DNA of 64,000 nt, from contig CAWCFX010000001.1 in the NCBI GenBank assembly GCA_963795085.1, forward strand, positions 128,001 to 192,000, in the 5' to 3' direction. Below the pieces are notes generated by a model. It did not search any database, was not told where the DNA came from, and worked only from the letters and a program-made list of their open reading frames with translations. Positions 39,501-47,955 of the stretch are shown one piece after another. This DNA is from an uncultured Gemmatimonadales bacterium. GTDB taxonomy: Bacteria; Gemmatimonadota; Gemmatimonadetes; Gemmatimonadales; GWC2-71-9. Within the stretch, counting starts at the first letter, position 1. Every line of letters begins with the position of its first letter. The translations under genes and the position numbers were made by a program.

Positions 39501-39885
39501 CAAGAACATCCTGAACGTGTTCGCCACGACCAACGACGTGGTCAACAACATCGAGCGGATCCAGCAGAACTCGGCCGACAGCGTCGGATTTGCCGAGGAG
39601 GGGGCCATTAACGGGGTCCGGCAGAGCGACGGGTCCCTGGACCTCCGCTTCGGCAACGCCGGGGCGTCGGGTTGCGGCAACTGGACCAATACCCAGTCCA
39701 CGCCGACGGCACCCAGTTGCGTGTACCTGGTCCGGGCGGAGGAGCGCTTCGGTAACGGGGACCACATCTTCACGCTGGAAGAACAGCTGGCCGCTTCCAA
39801 CGCGGCGTATGACCTCGGTCGTGGCATTCACACCTTTACCGACACTCCCCGGCGGCTTCGCCTGGGCATCGAAGTGAACTTCTAG
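36562..39885 (+). CDS. TonB-dependent receptor with N-terminal carboxypeptidase-regulatory-like domain
   Basis: Signal peptide, GKIEGRVRD, TonB-box-like VDEITVTA, plug motifs (LSIRGGR, SAEFGNAQSGIIN) and C-terminal Phe; GGAGGA RBS. Confidence 0.92.
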   Translation: MKQSCVSAFARVARFVAIAAVALGFSAGALYAQATGKIEGRVRDQAGAPIANAQVTIVGTAFGALTNNQGYYFFNNVPVGTASVRAAFVGYKSAEAQGVRVLAGQTVTQDIQLEQTPFQVDEITVTAAATPLVPRDEVTTRQRLQGDYVEALPADRINNVLALQPGVVASPGGGALSIRGGRTDQAATYVDGVPTTPGYRGTGFRSSLQGGNGASIGTNAFEQASVTTGASSAEFGNAQSGIINIETRTGGSTLRGNVQYETDEPFGVSRSQGFNRVQGSVGGPTGISNLTFFLSGVLEGRQSQGAGFDSEKFPVFIPVGVDTTVAVPSVVGSATADTTFVNVQQFAIARGDCDTFSSSSNSDIANNYGFDCQGVRFPGSASTVYQTTAKLNYTFGTGSRIFLAWQGSRNHGRNAGGFNNPQNISGFRINNNNVTLGWTQNLSKSADRALALDAYLSYQTDRQVGSILTRQAELDSRDPFGGFILGGIDFLFDFDNFPLNDELINNFRNNIPGSRRTPLDLENTSQYSLIDKYRNSPYGLGGGSETGGPNGALTLYRENRLRGKVNLDWQFDRYNRVKLGGEFTRFEIGSYNHTLTSQAFSEAFIEKPIQYDVFLEDRLDLGDVVVVGGLRYDFYDSRAARPYVLDTVSSSATFGQYSYFPTPNSYGSGGVMFNGLPLAKYVDDPTHDYLSPHIQVSFPVTDRTNFRLSYAHQVQAPDFNLILGGVNTDLRVTNTNHVYGSDLDFGKTITFEFGIRHAFSDDMVLDISAYNKDILSDATGRLVSFPDPARLGENVDIRIFTNADFGNARGIDLRLDRRIGRFFNGVLSYTFQDAKNTGSDPFTYINFGSRIINQISGGNQPPPQGIFATANSRPHNLAGSFALTVPSDWKEGSTVGSILRGVGITALFRYSSGTAYTKCPADTGNEAVISGQVCDREFEGDFFGARRPAYKQLDMKFTKGFGLGGLDITAYLDARNILNFKNILNVFATTNDVVNNIERIQQNSADSVGFAEEGAINGVRQSDGSLDLRFGNAGASGCGNWTNTQSTPTAPSCVYLVRAEERFGNGDHIFTLEEQLAASNAAYDLGRGIHTFTDTPRRLRLGIEVNF

Positions 39886-39890
39886 TTTCC

Positions 39891-39940
39891 GGCGGTGCCG
39901 GGGGTCGCAAGCGCGGTCCCCGGTACGCCACTGCCTTTTT
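39891..39940 (+). terminator. Intra-operon hairpin with U-tract
   Basis: ggcggtg/cactgcc and ccgggggtcg/cggtccccgg stems followed by TTTTT. Confidence 0.5.
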
Positions 39941-39958
39941 CTGATGAGAGAGGATGCA

Positions 39959-42900
39959 ATGCACTCACTATTTCGTAAGAGAGGCGTGATTCTTACCGGG
40001 CTTCTCGCCCTCGTGCTGGCGGTGGTGCTGCCGACGGATGCGTCGGCAAAACCAGAGCCGGGCGCGAAAGGCCGCGGGTTCCGGATGTTTGCGCGTCCGT
40101 TAGGCGCCATGACGATCAACCGGATCTATTGCGGCCTCAGCTCCACCGGCGAGGTCTGCGTCGATTCGTCGAACTCCTCCACTATCGGTGGCGGGTTCTG
40201 GCCCAAGGGTACGGCGAACCAGTACGTGTTCAACTCGGGCCTCCAGATCGCCGGCATTATCGGGCCAGACGGCGGCCCCTGGGCCAGCGACACGACGGGC
40301 GCCTTCTTCTTCGACCCGAAGGGCACCACCCAGCACGGGGAGCAGGTCCAGCCGATCTACAATACCCAGAGCGCCGGCGATAACGCGTTCATCTGCGGGA
40401 TCGGGAGCTTCGGGTGTAACAGCGGCACCACCGACCCGGTGGCACTGGCGGCGCGAGTCCCGGCCCTCGATGACAACGCGGCCATCTTCAACCCCTTGCT
40501 ACGGGGCCGGACCGCGGCGTCGCAGGGCGACGTCTGGTGGCTTTCCTGGGACGGCAACCCCGGCCTGCTGGCCGGCCGGCCCCACCCGCTCGGCGTGGTC
40601 GTCGAGCAGCGCGGCCTGGGGTGGAACTTCCCCAGCGGCAACGAAGACATCATTTACTTCATCTACACGTTCTATAACGTCACCTCGATCAACCCGGCCG
40701 ATTATGCCGCGGTGCGGCCCGGCATGCGGGAGATCCTGATCCAGCAGGCCAACACCTTCCAGCAGCGGAACGAGGCCACCTTCGGCATCTCGCTGCCGGA
40801 CGGGGGCTATACCATCACCGACATGTTCGCCAACTTCTCGGCCGACATGGACGTGGGTTCAGCGACCCAGAACTACGCCTCGGTGAACGTGCCGTTCGCG
40901 CTGGGCTATACCTACGAGAACACCTTCTCCCGGTTCGCGGGCTGGACCTTTGACCCGTCGATCTTCGGGGCCCCGTTCTTCGCGGGCACCGGTTTCGTGG
41001 GGGTGAAGTATCTCAAGAGCCCGGAAGTCAACGGCCAGGAAGTGGGCCTTTCGCTGTTCAGCAACACGACGAACGGCGGCGGCGACCTGAACGACCCGCG
41101 GGACGTCAAGCAGCTCTACCGCTACGTCTCCGGTACCCTGAGCCCGGCCTTCGGCGACGGGGCCTGTAACTTCAATCCGCAGACCCAGAAGATCTGCTTC
41201 ATCCGGACGGCATCGCCGGCGGATATGCGGTTCTTCCAGTCCTCGGGTCCGCTGACGCTGGCGCCGGGCGAGTTTGGCTCGGTGGTGGTGGCGTATCTGT
41301 TTGCCGCGCCGGTTCGCACCGGCGGGTCGGCGGCCTGCCCCACCTGCGACATCAAGCCGGGCAACGCGACGATTACCGCGGGCCTGGGAGATCCGAACGT
41401 GATAGCGCTCGGTGTGAATCCGATCGACTCCATCACCGGCTTTCTCGACGCGAATGATTCCAACGGCGACGGGGTGCTGACGCAGGAGGAGTTCGTGGTG
41501 GTGCCGGGCTCGCTGCTGGGCAAGGCCAAGGTCGCGCAGGCGGTGTTCGACAACCAGTTCCTGCTGCCGTTCGCGCCCGATGCGCCCGAGTTCTTCCTGA
41601 TCCCGGGCGACAACCAGGTCACCGTGATGTGGCGGCCCTCGCCCTCGGAAACTTCCGGTGATCCGTTCTATGCGATTGCCAGCCAGGCCACCGTGCTGTG
41701 CGATCCGGACGATGTGATGAGCGGCCAGTGTCCGAACGCCCTGTACGACCCGAACTACCGCGAGTTCGATGTGGAAGGCTACCGGGTGTACCGGGGCCGG
41801 GTGGACGCGCCGAACACGCTCCGTCTCCTGGCGCAGTTCGACTATTCCGGAACGGTGATCTCCGATTTCGCCGGGCAGATCAATCCCGGCCCGCTGTGCG
41901 CCCCCGAACTGGGGGTGACGACTAACTGCCCGGTCGCGTACGATCCGATCGCTCCGGGGCTGCCCCGCTCGGCCCATGTGGACGTTCCGCTGGTGGGTAC
42001 CATCACCCAGGTGAAGCTGGGCGACCGGGCGCTGCTGGCCAACAATGAAGCCATCATCCTCAACCTCGACACCTACCCGAACACCGTCACCACGCTGGGC
42101 AGCTGCGCGCCCTCCATCTGCCCGGCGCTGTCCGACACCGGCGTGCCGTTCGTGTACGTGGACAACACGGTGCGGAACAATTTCCGCTATTTCTACTCGG
42201 TGACGGCGTTTGACATCAACTCGTTCCAGTCCGGTCCCAGCAACCTGGAGTCGGCCCGGGTGACGAAGTCGGTGACCCCGGTGCGGCCGGCCGGGAACTA
42301 CGCCAACGCCGGCACGCTGACCTCGGTGACCATCGAGGGCCGGGGGGTGACGCTGGACCACAATGCGCCCCTGCCGACGATTGACGGAGCGACGGGCCGG
42401 TTCAGCGGGCCCTTCCCGGCCGCGTCGGACTGGACCATCGGGTTCGGGGATTTCGTAGCGGCCGTGCTGAGCCAGCCGGGCAGCTTCGCCGCGCACCTGG
42501 ACAGCATCTCCCTGGGCAGCCCGTACGACGGCATTCCCCATCTCTACTGGTGGACGGCCACCTCGGGGAACAATTCGGCCTCCTTCTCCGTCGCAATCCT
42601 GCAGCCCCAGGAAATCGGGGTGCGCAGCGGCGCGACATCGTTCTCCGCGGTCCCGGTGGATCCGGCGCTGGCCTCCCGGTACGGGGGCGGCGCGGGCTAT
42701 ACGCTTCAGGGCCAGGTCGGGATGTCCTTGCCGGGCCCGGACTACATGACCATCTACGGCCGTGGCTGCGTCAACAGCCGTGACGGGTTTGCCGTCCAGG
42801 GCGCCGGGGCCTGTACCTATAACGGGTCGCGGTGGTTCGACGGCCCGTCGCCGGCCAACAACGAGACGGCGGTGGATCCGATCGCCGGCAACACGGCGAA

Positions 42901-43969
42901 CTTCAGCAATATCCCGATGACCAGCTACAACAACGCCGGCGCGCTGACGGGGGTCACCACGATCTTCCAGGCGCAGTCCTACCAGGCGGCCCAGAACACC
43001 TACCGCGGCACGGAAGGCGCGTACGCGGCGGCCAAGCGGGCGGCGGACTTCAACCTGTACTGGGGGGCGGGCGGGCTGATCGACTCGGTCATTGACGTCA
43101 CGCACAACGTGCCGGTGCCGTTCCGCGACAGCGTGATCGGCGGGTCGTGGGGCGTGCTCAACCAGTCGGCGGCGCAACCGTCGGGCCTCAACATCTCGTT
43201 CGACCGCCGGACCGAACTGACGGCGACCGACATGGGGTGCGTGGAGCCGTTGCGGAGCCTCGGCGCGGCGGCGCAGTCGCCGATCGTCTGCGGTACGAGC
43301 GCACTGGGCGACGGGCCGCAGTACATCCTGAGCCGGACCGCGGTGCCGGGTCCGATCGCGTTCTTCAGTCCCAGTACTACGGTGTCGCGGACGTCGCCGG
43401 TGGCGGCGAACGCCGGGTTCGTGCTCTATCTGGCCGGCGATGTCTTTACGTTCGAGCTGGCCGGCGGTGCGGTGCCGGCGTCGGGCACGGTGTGGTCGCT
43501 GCGCCAGTACATCGGCGCGATCTCGGGTGGTAACGGGGCGGCCGGCCCCTTCGGTCCCTACGTGTACAGCAACCCCGAGGGGGTCATGCCGGTGACGGCG
43601 GTGGGCGTGGACCTGCGGGCGAGCTTCGACGTCGTCAACCAGGTGAATGCCCCGACGGAGGCGAATCTGGCCCAGGTACACACGGTGCCGGACCCGTACT
43701 ACGTCACCAGCGAGTTCGAGCAGAGCACGGACACCAAGGTGATCAAGTTCGTGAACCTGCCGCAGGACGCCGTGATCCGGATCTACTCGTCCAGCGGCGT
43801 GCTGGTGAACCTGCTGGAGCACCATTCGACCACCTTCGGGGGCGCGCTGGACTGGAACGTGCGGAACCGGAACAACCAGGTGGTCGCCAGCGGGGTGTAC
43901 TTCTATCACATTGAGTCGGGGAACGCGCGCCGGGTCGGGCGCTTCACCATCGTTAACTTCGCGCAGTAG
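39959..43969 (+). CDS. Large secreted protein with T9SS type A CTD-like C-terminus
   Basis: Sec signal; FnIII-like segments (GDNQVTVMW, EGYRVYR, YFYSVTAFD); C-terminus VPDPY...IRIYSSSG.LV...WNVRN...VASGVYFY. Confidence 0.8.
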   Translation: MHSLFRKRGVILTGLLALVLAVVLPTDASAKPEPGAKGRGFRMFARPLGAMTINRIYCGLSSTGEVCVDSSNSSTIGGGFWPKGTANQYVFNSGLQIAGIIGPDGGPWASDTTGAFFFDPKGTTQHGEQVQPIYNTQSAGDNAFICGIGSFGCNSGTTDPVALAARVPALDDNAAIFNPLLRGRTAASQGDVWWLSWDGNPGLLAGRPHPLGVVVEQRGLGWNFPSGNEDIIYFIYTFYNVTSINPADYAAVRPGMREILIQQANTFQQRNEATFGISLPDGGYTITDMFANFSADMDVGSATQNYASVNVPFALGYTYENTFSRFAGWTFDPSIFGAPFFAGTGFVGVKYLKSPEVNGQEVGLSLFSNTTNGGGDLNDPRDVKQLYRYVSGTLSPAFGDGACNFNPQTQKICFIRTASPADMRFFQSSGPLTLAPGEFGSVVVAYLFAAPVRTGGSAACPTCDIKPGNATITAGLGDPNVIALGVNPIDSITGFLDANDSNGDGVLTQEEFVVVPGSLLGKAKVAQAVFDNQFLLPFAPDAPEFFLIPGDNQVTVMWRPSPSETSGDPFYAIASQATVLCDPDDVMSGQCPNALYDPNYREFDVEGYRVYRGRVDAPNTLRLLAQFDYSGTVISDFAGQINPGPLCAPELGVTTNCPVAYDPIAPGLPRSAHVDVPLVGTITQVKLGDRALLANNEAIILNLDTYPNTVTTLGSCAPSICPALSDTGVPFVYVDNTVRNNFRYFYSVTAFDINSFQSGPSNLESARVTKSVTPVRPAGNYANAGTLTSVTIEGRGVTLDHNAPLPTIDGATGRFSGPFPAASDWTIGFGDFVAAVLSQPGSFAAHLDSISLGSPYDGIPHLYWWTATSGNNSASFSVAILQPQEIGVRSGATSFSAVPVDPALASRYGGGAGYTLQGQVGMSLPGPDYMTIYGRGCVNSRDGFAVQGAGACTYNGSRWFDGPSPANNETAVDPIAGNTANFSNIPMTSYNNAGALTGVTTIFQAQSYQAAQNTYRGTEGAYAAAKRAADFNLYWGAGGLIDSVIDVTHNVPVPFRDSVIGGSWGVLNQSAAQPSGLNISFDRRTELTATDMGCVEPLRSLGAAAQSPIVCGTSALGDGPQYILSRTAVPGPIAFFSPSTTVSRTSPVAANAGFVLYLAGDVFTFELAGGAVPASGTVWSLRQYIGAISGGNGAAGPFGPYVYSNPEGVMPVTAVGVDLRASFDVVNQVNAPTEANLAQVHTVPDPYYVTSEFEQSTDTKVIKFVNLPQDAVIRIYSSSGVLVNLLEHHSTTFGGALDWNVRNRNNQVVASGVYFYHIESGNARRVGRFTIVNFAQ

Positions 43970-44029
43970 CCCAGGTCAGGCGGGTGGGGCCATCCGGCTC
44001 CATCCGCCGCATCCAGGAGAGTGGACACC

Positions 44030-45151
44030 ATGCGTTCTACGTTTACTAAGCGGTTGACCCTCGTGGTGACGCTGCTGGGCGGCCTGCCGGTCTACGGCGC
44101 AGCACAGAGCGTCAACCAGGACAACACTCCCTACGGCACCACGGCGGCGGAATTCCTGCTGCTGGGCGCCGGCGCGCGCGGCACCGCCCTGGGCGGGGCC
44201 TTCGCGTCCATCGTGTCGGACGTGAGCGCGCTCTACTACAACCCGGCCGGCGCGGCTTTGATGAGCCGGCCCGGCGCGATGGTCGGCACCTACGACTATA
44301 TCGCCGAAACCCGCTATACCTGGGCCGGCGTGGCCTTCCCCTTCGGGGGCGGGGCCCGCACCTTCGGCCTCCAGCTGGGCACCTTCGGGTTCAGCGACCA
44401 GCCGGTGTACACCGCCGAGGAGCCGGATGGGACGGGCTCGGTCTACTCGGTGAGCGAGACGTTTGCCGGGCTGACCTATGCCGAGAACTTCTCGGACCGG
44501 TTCAGCGCGGGGCTCACGGCCAAGTTCATCTTCGACAAGCTGGGCGATGCCAGCGGCAGCGCCCTGGCCGTGGACTTCGGGACCAACTTCCATGCGATGC
44601 TGTCGGGCCACCCGGTGAAGTTCAGCTTCGTGCTGGCCAACCTGGGCACCGATCTCTCGTATGGCGGCGACGCGCTGAACGCGGAAGACCCGCGGGAGCC
44701 GCTGCCGGGCGAGGACCCGGTGTCGACCCTGCCGCAGCCGGCCCGGCTGCGGACCAAGGGGTTCCCGCTGCCGACGACGTTCCGGGTGGGGCTGGCGTAT
44801 GACATCCTGACCGGGGCCAACAACCGGCTGACCTTCCTCTCCGACTTCAACCAGCCGAACAACAACTCGGCGGGCTTCGTGGTGGGCACGGAGTGGGCGC
44901 TGAACCGGCTGGGCGGGAGCGGCTTCGGGGTGGCGCTGCGGGGCAGCTACAGCTACACCGGGGCGAACAACCTGGAGACGGCGGATCCCTCGAGCACGGC
45001 GCTGACGGACGAAGAGAACTACCACGGCGCGGCGTTCGGCGGGGGCCTGAACTACGGCACCGGCACCTTCAGCCTGGGCGTCGACTATGCCTACAAGTAC
45101 ATGGGCATCCTCGGCGGCACCAACTTCTTCAGCTTCAATATCGGCTGGTAA
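44030..45151 (+). CDS. PorV/PorQ (FadL-like beta-barrel) family protein
   Basis: GTTAAEFL..GAGAR..ALGGA, DVSALYYNPAG, DFG, LPTTFRVG and VDYAY motifs; terminal Trp. Confidence 0.88.
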   Translation: MRSTFTKRLTLVVTLLGGLPVYGAAQSVNQDNTPYGTTAAEFLLLGAGARGTALGGAFASIVSDVSALYYNPAGAALMSRPGAMVGTYDYIAETRYTWAGVAFPFGGGARTFGLQLGTFGFSDQPVYTAEEPDGTGSVYSVSETFAGLTYAENFSDRFSAGLTAKFIFDKLGDASGSALAVDFGTNFHAMLSGHPVKFSFVLANLGTDLSYGGDALNAEDPREPLPGEDPVSTLPQPARLRTKGFPLPTTFRVGLAYDILTGANNRLTFLSDFNQPNNNSAGFVVGTEWALNRLGGSGFGVALRGSYSYTGANNLETADPSSTALTDEENYHGAAFGGGLNYGTGTFSLGVDYAYKYMGILGGTNFFSFNIGW

Positions 45152-45163
45152 ACGTACCGCACT

Positions 45164-45236
45164 TTCAGATGGCAGATTTCAGATGTCAGATTGAGGCGCA
45201 ATCTTCAATCGGCATCTGAATCTGCAACCTGAGATC
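45164..45236. repeat. Inverted heptamer arrays (NNCAGAT)x4 / (ATCTGNN-like)
   Basis: ttcagat ggcagat ttcagat gtcagat ... caatctt caatcgg catctga atctgca acctgag. Confidence 0.7.
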
Positions 45237-45257
45237 AGTTCTGGAAGGGTTAACGCG

Positions 45258-46685
45258 TTGACGGTCTCGAAATTCTTGCCGCTGGCGGCCTTGGTGGCTT
45301 TCATGCCGCTGGCTCATCCGGCGGGGCAGGCGGCGGACGGGGACATCACGGTTTCGGCGGTGCGGTTCTACCGTGCGGAAGGTAGCCTGACCCAGGTCAA
45401 GGCATTCGTGCAGGTTCCCCTGGAATCACTGGCAGCCAGTCCGGATGGCAATCTGGTTTACCGGGTGACGGTTCAGCTCAAGGATTCTTCCGGCCTGCAA
45501 CTGGCGGACGAGCAGTGGCCTTGGCAGCGGGCCGCCGTGCACCTGCAGGAACCCGGCGCCTTTACCGTTAACAGCGTGGAGTTCACGGTCCGGCCAGGCA
45601 AGTACCGGCTGGACGTGCTGGTCGAGGATTCGGTTGGGGGCAGGCGATATGAGGCGGGCACGGATATCACTGGCTTCACCGGCCGCCCGGAGGCTTCGGA
45701 CCTGGTGTTGTCGCCGCTGATGCGGCCCTACGTGGTAGATTCTCCGCCGCGGGCCACTGAATGGAAAAGCGGGCAGTTCCTCGTCACTTCGATCGCCAGA
45801 GTCCAGCTTAACCCGGCTCGGAAGGACGGCAGTAGAATCTTCTACCTGGTCGAGGCCTACTCGGCTCAGCCGGACTCGGGCACCATGCAGGTCACCATCC
45901 GGGACTCGGCCGGCCGGCAGATCGTCCAGACGCCACCGACCCCGGTCAGCCTGGCAGCCGGAGGCGGGGTCCTCCGGGGGCAGCTGAATCTGGAGGGCCT
46001 GCCCCAGGGTCAGTACACAATGACAGTCGCCGTAGCCCTGGCAGGCGGAAGGACAGAACGCTCGGCCGGCTTCACGATGTCGGATTTGCAGACCGAGTTG
46101 AACAAGCTGGCCGCCCAGGCTCAGGCGCGTCGAATCACCGACGAGGGGTACTTCGCGCTGATGGGCGAAGAGCAACTGGACCGGGCGGCGGAGCCCCTGG
46201 AGTATATCGCAGACGGGCGCGAGCTCCGGGCCTACCGCGGGGCCTCGGTCGAGGCAAAGCGGCGGTTCCTGACCGAGTTCTGGCGGCAACGGGACCAGGA
46301 TCCTTCCACGATTCGGAACGAGTTGCGGGAGGAGTTCTACGGCAAGATCGAGTATGCCGACAGCACGTTCCGCGAGCGGGGCTCGGGCACGACGCCCGGG
46401 TGGAAGACCGACCGGGGGCGTGTTTACGCCAGGTATGGAGCCCCGGACGAGGTGCTGGACCGGGAACGCCGGGGCCGCACCCTGCCCTACATGGTCTGGC
46501 GGTACACCCGGATGCGGGATACCTGGTACATCTTCAGCGACCGGTCCGGGCTGGGCAGCTACAAGCTGATCCATACCAACGACCGGAGGGAGGCGGGAGC
46601 TCCCGATTGGCGAGACATCCTGGGGCCCGATGCCGTTCGTGACGCCGGGTTGTTCCTGGGCCAGGATTTCTTCGACCGTAACTAG
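45258..46685 (+). CDS. GWxTD domain-containing exported protein
   Basis: FWRQRD.DP, GWKTDRGRVYARYGAPD and YMVWRY motifs; signal peptide; TTG start. Confidence 0.9.
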   Translation: MTVSKFLPLAALVAFMPLAHPAGQAADGDITVSAVRFYRAEGSLTQVKAFVQVPLESLAASPDGNLVYRVTVQLKDSSGLQLADEQWPWQRAAVHLQEPGAFTVNSVEFTVRPGKYRLDVLVEDSVGGRRYEAGTDITGFTGRPEASDLVLSPLMRPYVVDSPPRATEWKSGQFLVTSIARVQLNPARKDGSRIFYLVEAYSAQPDSGTMQVTIRDSAGRQIVQTPPTPVSLAAGGGVLRGQLNLEGLPQGQYTMTVAVALAGGRTERSAGFTMSDLQTELNKLAAQAQARRITDEGYFALMGEEQLDRAAEPLEYIADGRELRAYRGASVEAKRRFLTEFWRQRDQDPSTIRNELREEFYGKIEYADSTFRERGSGTTPGWKTDRGRVYARYGAPDEVLDRERRGRTLPYMVWRYTRMRDTWYIFSDRSGLGSYKLIHTNDRREAGAPDWRDILGPDAVRDAGLFLGQDFFDRN

Positions 46686-46812
46686 TTCGGCGGTACATCA
46701 CGCTGGCATTAAAGGGTGGCGACGGAACGATGCCCTGCATCGCGCCGCCCGGCAGGTGAACATTTTACGTCGCTCCATCCTATTTCACGTTTCTCGGAAT
46801 GAGGTGCTCAGT

Positions 46813-47883
46813 ATGAACCGTTTGGTGCGTGGTTCGGTCCTCTTCGCCGTTGCCGTCACTCTTGGAGCCTGCGGTGGCATCAATCCCGATGGCAGCGATC
46901 AGACGGACCATCTGGTCTCGGATCCTTCCGTCGTGTTTGTCTCCAACATTGACAGCCAGGCTGTGTTCGTCGAGGCGTTGAACAGCCTCGGGCAGCAGCT
47001 GGAAGGCGACTTCGCGGTAACGGCCGGTAACGGCCTGACAGCATTCATTGATCCCAACTACCAGCCGGTGACCGGCCGGGAAGGCAACCCGACCCGGGCG
47101 CGGATCTTCGTCAAGGCGGAGAATGCGTCGAGTTTTGTCGCCAGCAGCATCACCGTCACCGCTAACGGCGAATCGCTGGTGATCCCGGTGTCGATCACTC
47201 CGGCCAACCTGCCGGGAACGTTCAGTACGGCAACTCCGAACGTGGGCGATACCGTGACGTTCACCGCCCAGACCCCGCTGCAGTTTGCGGCGACGTCGAC
47301 GGTGACGTTCCCAGGTGGACTGGCCGCCATCGTAACCGACGTGGCACCGGACGGCTCGAGCATCAGCTTCCTCCCGGTGCCCGGGTCAACGGGGAACCCG
47401 ACGGTCACCGAGGTTGGAACCTCCTACCTGAGCGGCGGTGTCACCGTTACGGCGACCTCCGGTCTCACGGTCCAGGCGGCGACCAACTACACCGGGTCGG
47501 ATTCGTATGCCACCGCGCCCACGATCGCCGCACCCTCTGCGGTTGGTGAGACGGCGTCGTTCTTCGACCTCGGCTCCTTTGTCGGAAGCTGCGGCGGCGT
47601 ACCCTGCCAGGTCTATCAGTTCACGATAACCGACGCGGGAGATTACTTCTTCACCTCCCATTGGGAGAACACCTCTGACCTCGGCATCTTCGTGGTGGCG
47701 AGCGATCAGACAACCGTCCTGGCCGGGTTTGACGGGCATGGCAACGGCGCGACCGCCCAGCCGGAAGAAGGCTCGGTTACCCTGGCACCGGGAACCTACT
47801 ATCTCGAAGTGGAGAGCTTCGCGGTCTTTTACCCTGATCCGGAGCCGGCCTGGATCCGGATAGACATCACCCGGGAGCTCTAA
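46813..47883 (+). CDS. Thr/Ser-rich lipoprotein with beta-sandwich domains (C-terminal PPC-like)
   Basis: Lipobox VTLGA-C; GAGGT RBS; C-terminal YQFTI...SDLGIFV...LAPGTYYLEV. Confidence 0.8.
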   Translation: MNRLVRGSVLFAVAVTLGACGGINPDGSDQTDHLVSDPSVVFVSNIDSQAVFVEALNSLGQQLEGDFAVTAGNGLTAFIDPNYQPVTGREGNPTRARIFVKAENASSFVASSITVTANGESLVIPVSITPANLPGTFSTATPNVGDTVTFTAQTPLQFAATSTVTFPGGLAAIVTDVAPDGSSISFLPVPGSTGNPTVTEVGTSYLSGGVTVTATSGLTVQAATNYTGSDSYATAPTIAAPSAVGETASFFDLGSFVGSCGGVPCQVYQFTITDAGDYFFTSHWENTSDLGIFVVASDQTTVLAGFDGHGNGATAQPEEGSVTLAPGTYYLEVESFAVFYPDPEPAWIRIDITREL

Positions 47884-47901
47884 GCGACCGGTAGCACCCA
47901 T

Positions 47902-47938
47902 GAAAGAGGCCCCCACCGAACTGGTGGGGGCCTGTTTC
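47902..47938. terminator. Bidirectional intrinsic terminator
   Basis: aggcccccacc-gaact-ggtgggggcct flanked by gaaa/tttc, between convergent genes. Confidence 0.85.
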
Positions 47939-47955
47939 GTCCCCTCCCGTTAACG

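Noticed and set aside
37705..43909. Long antisense ORFs (804 and 1016 aa); likewise 20318-22231, 31490-33736 and 56442-59063
   Set aside because: Shadow frames of GC-biased real genes, with no motifs.
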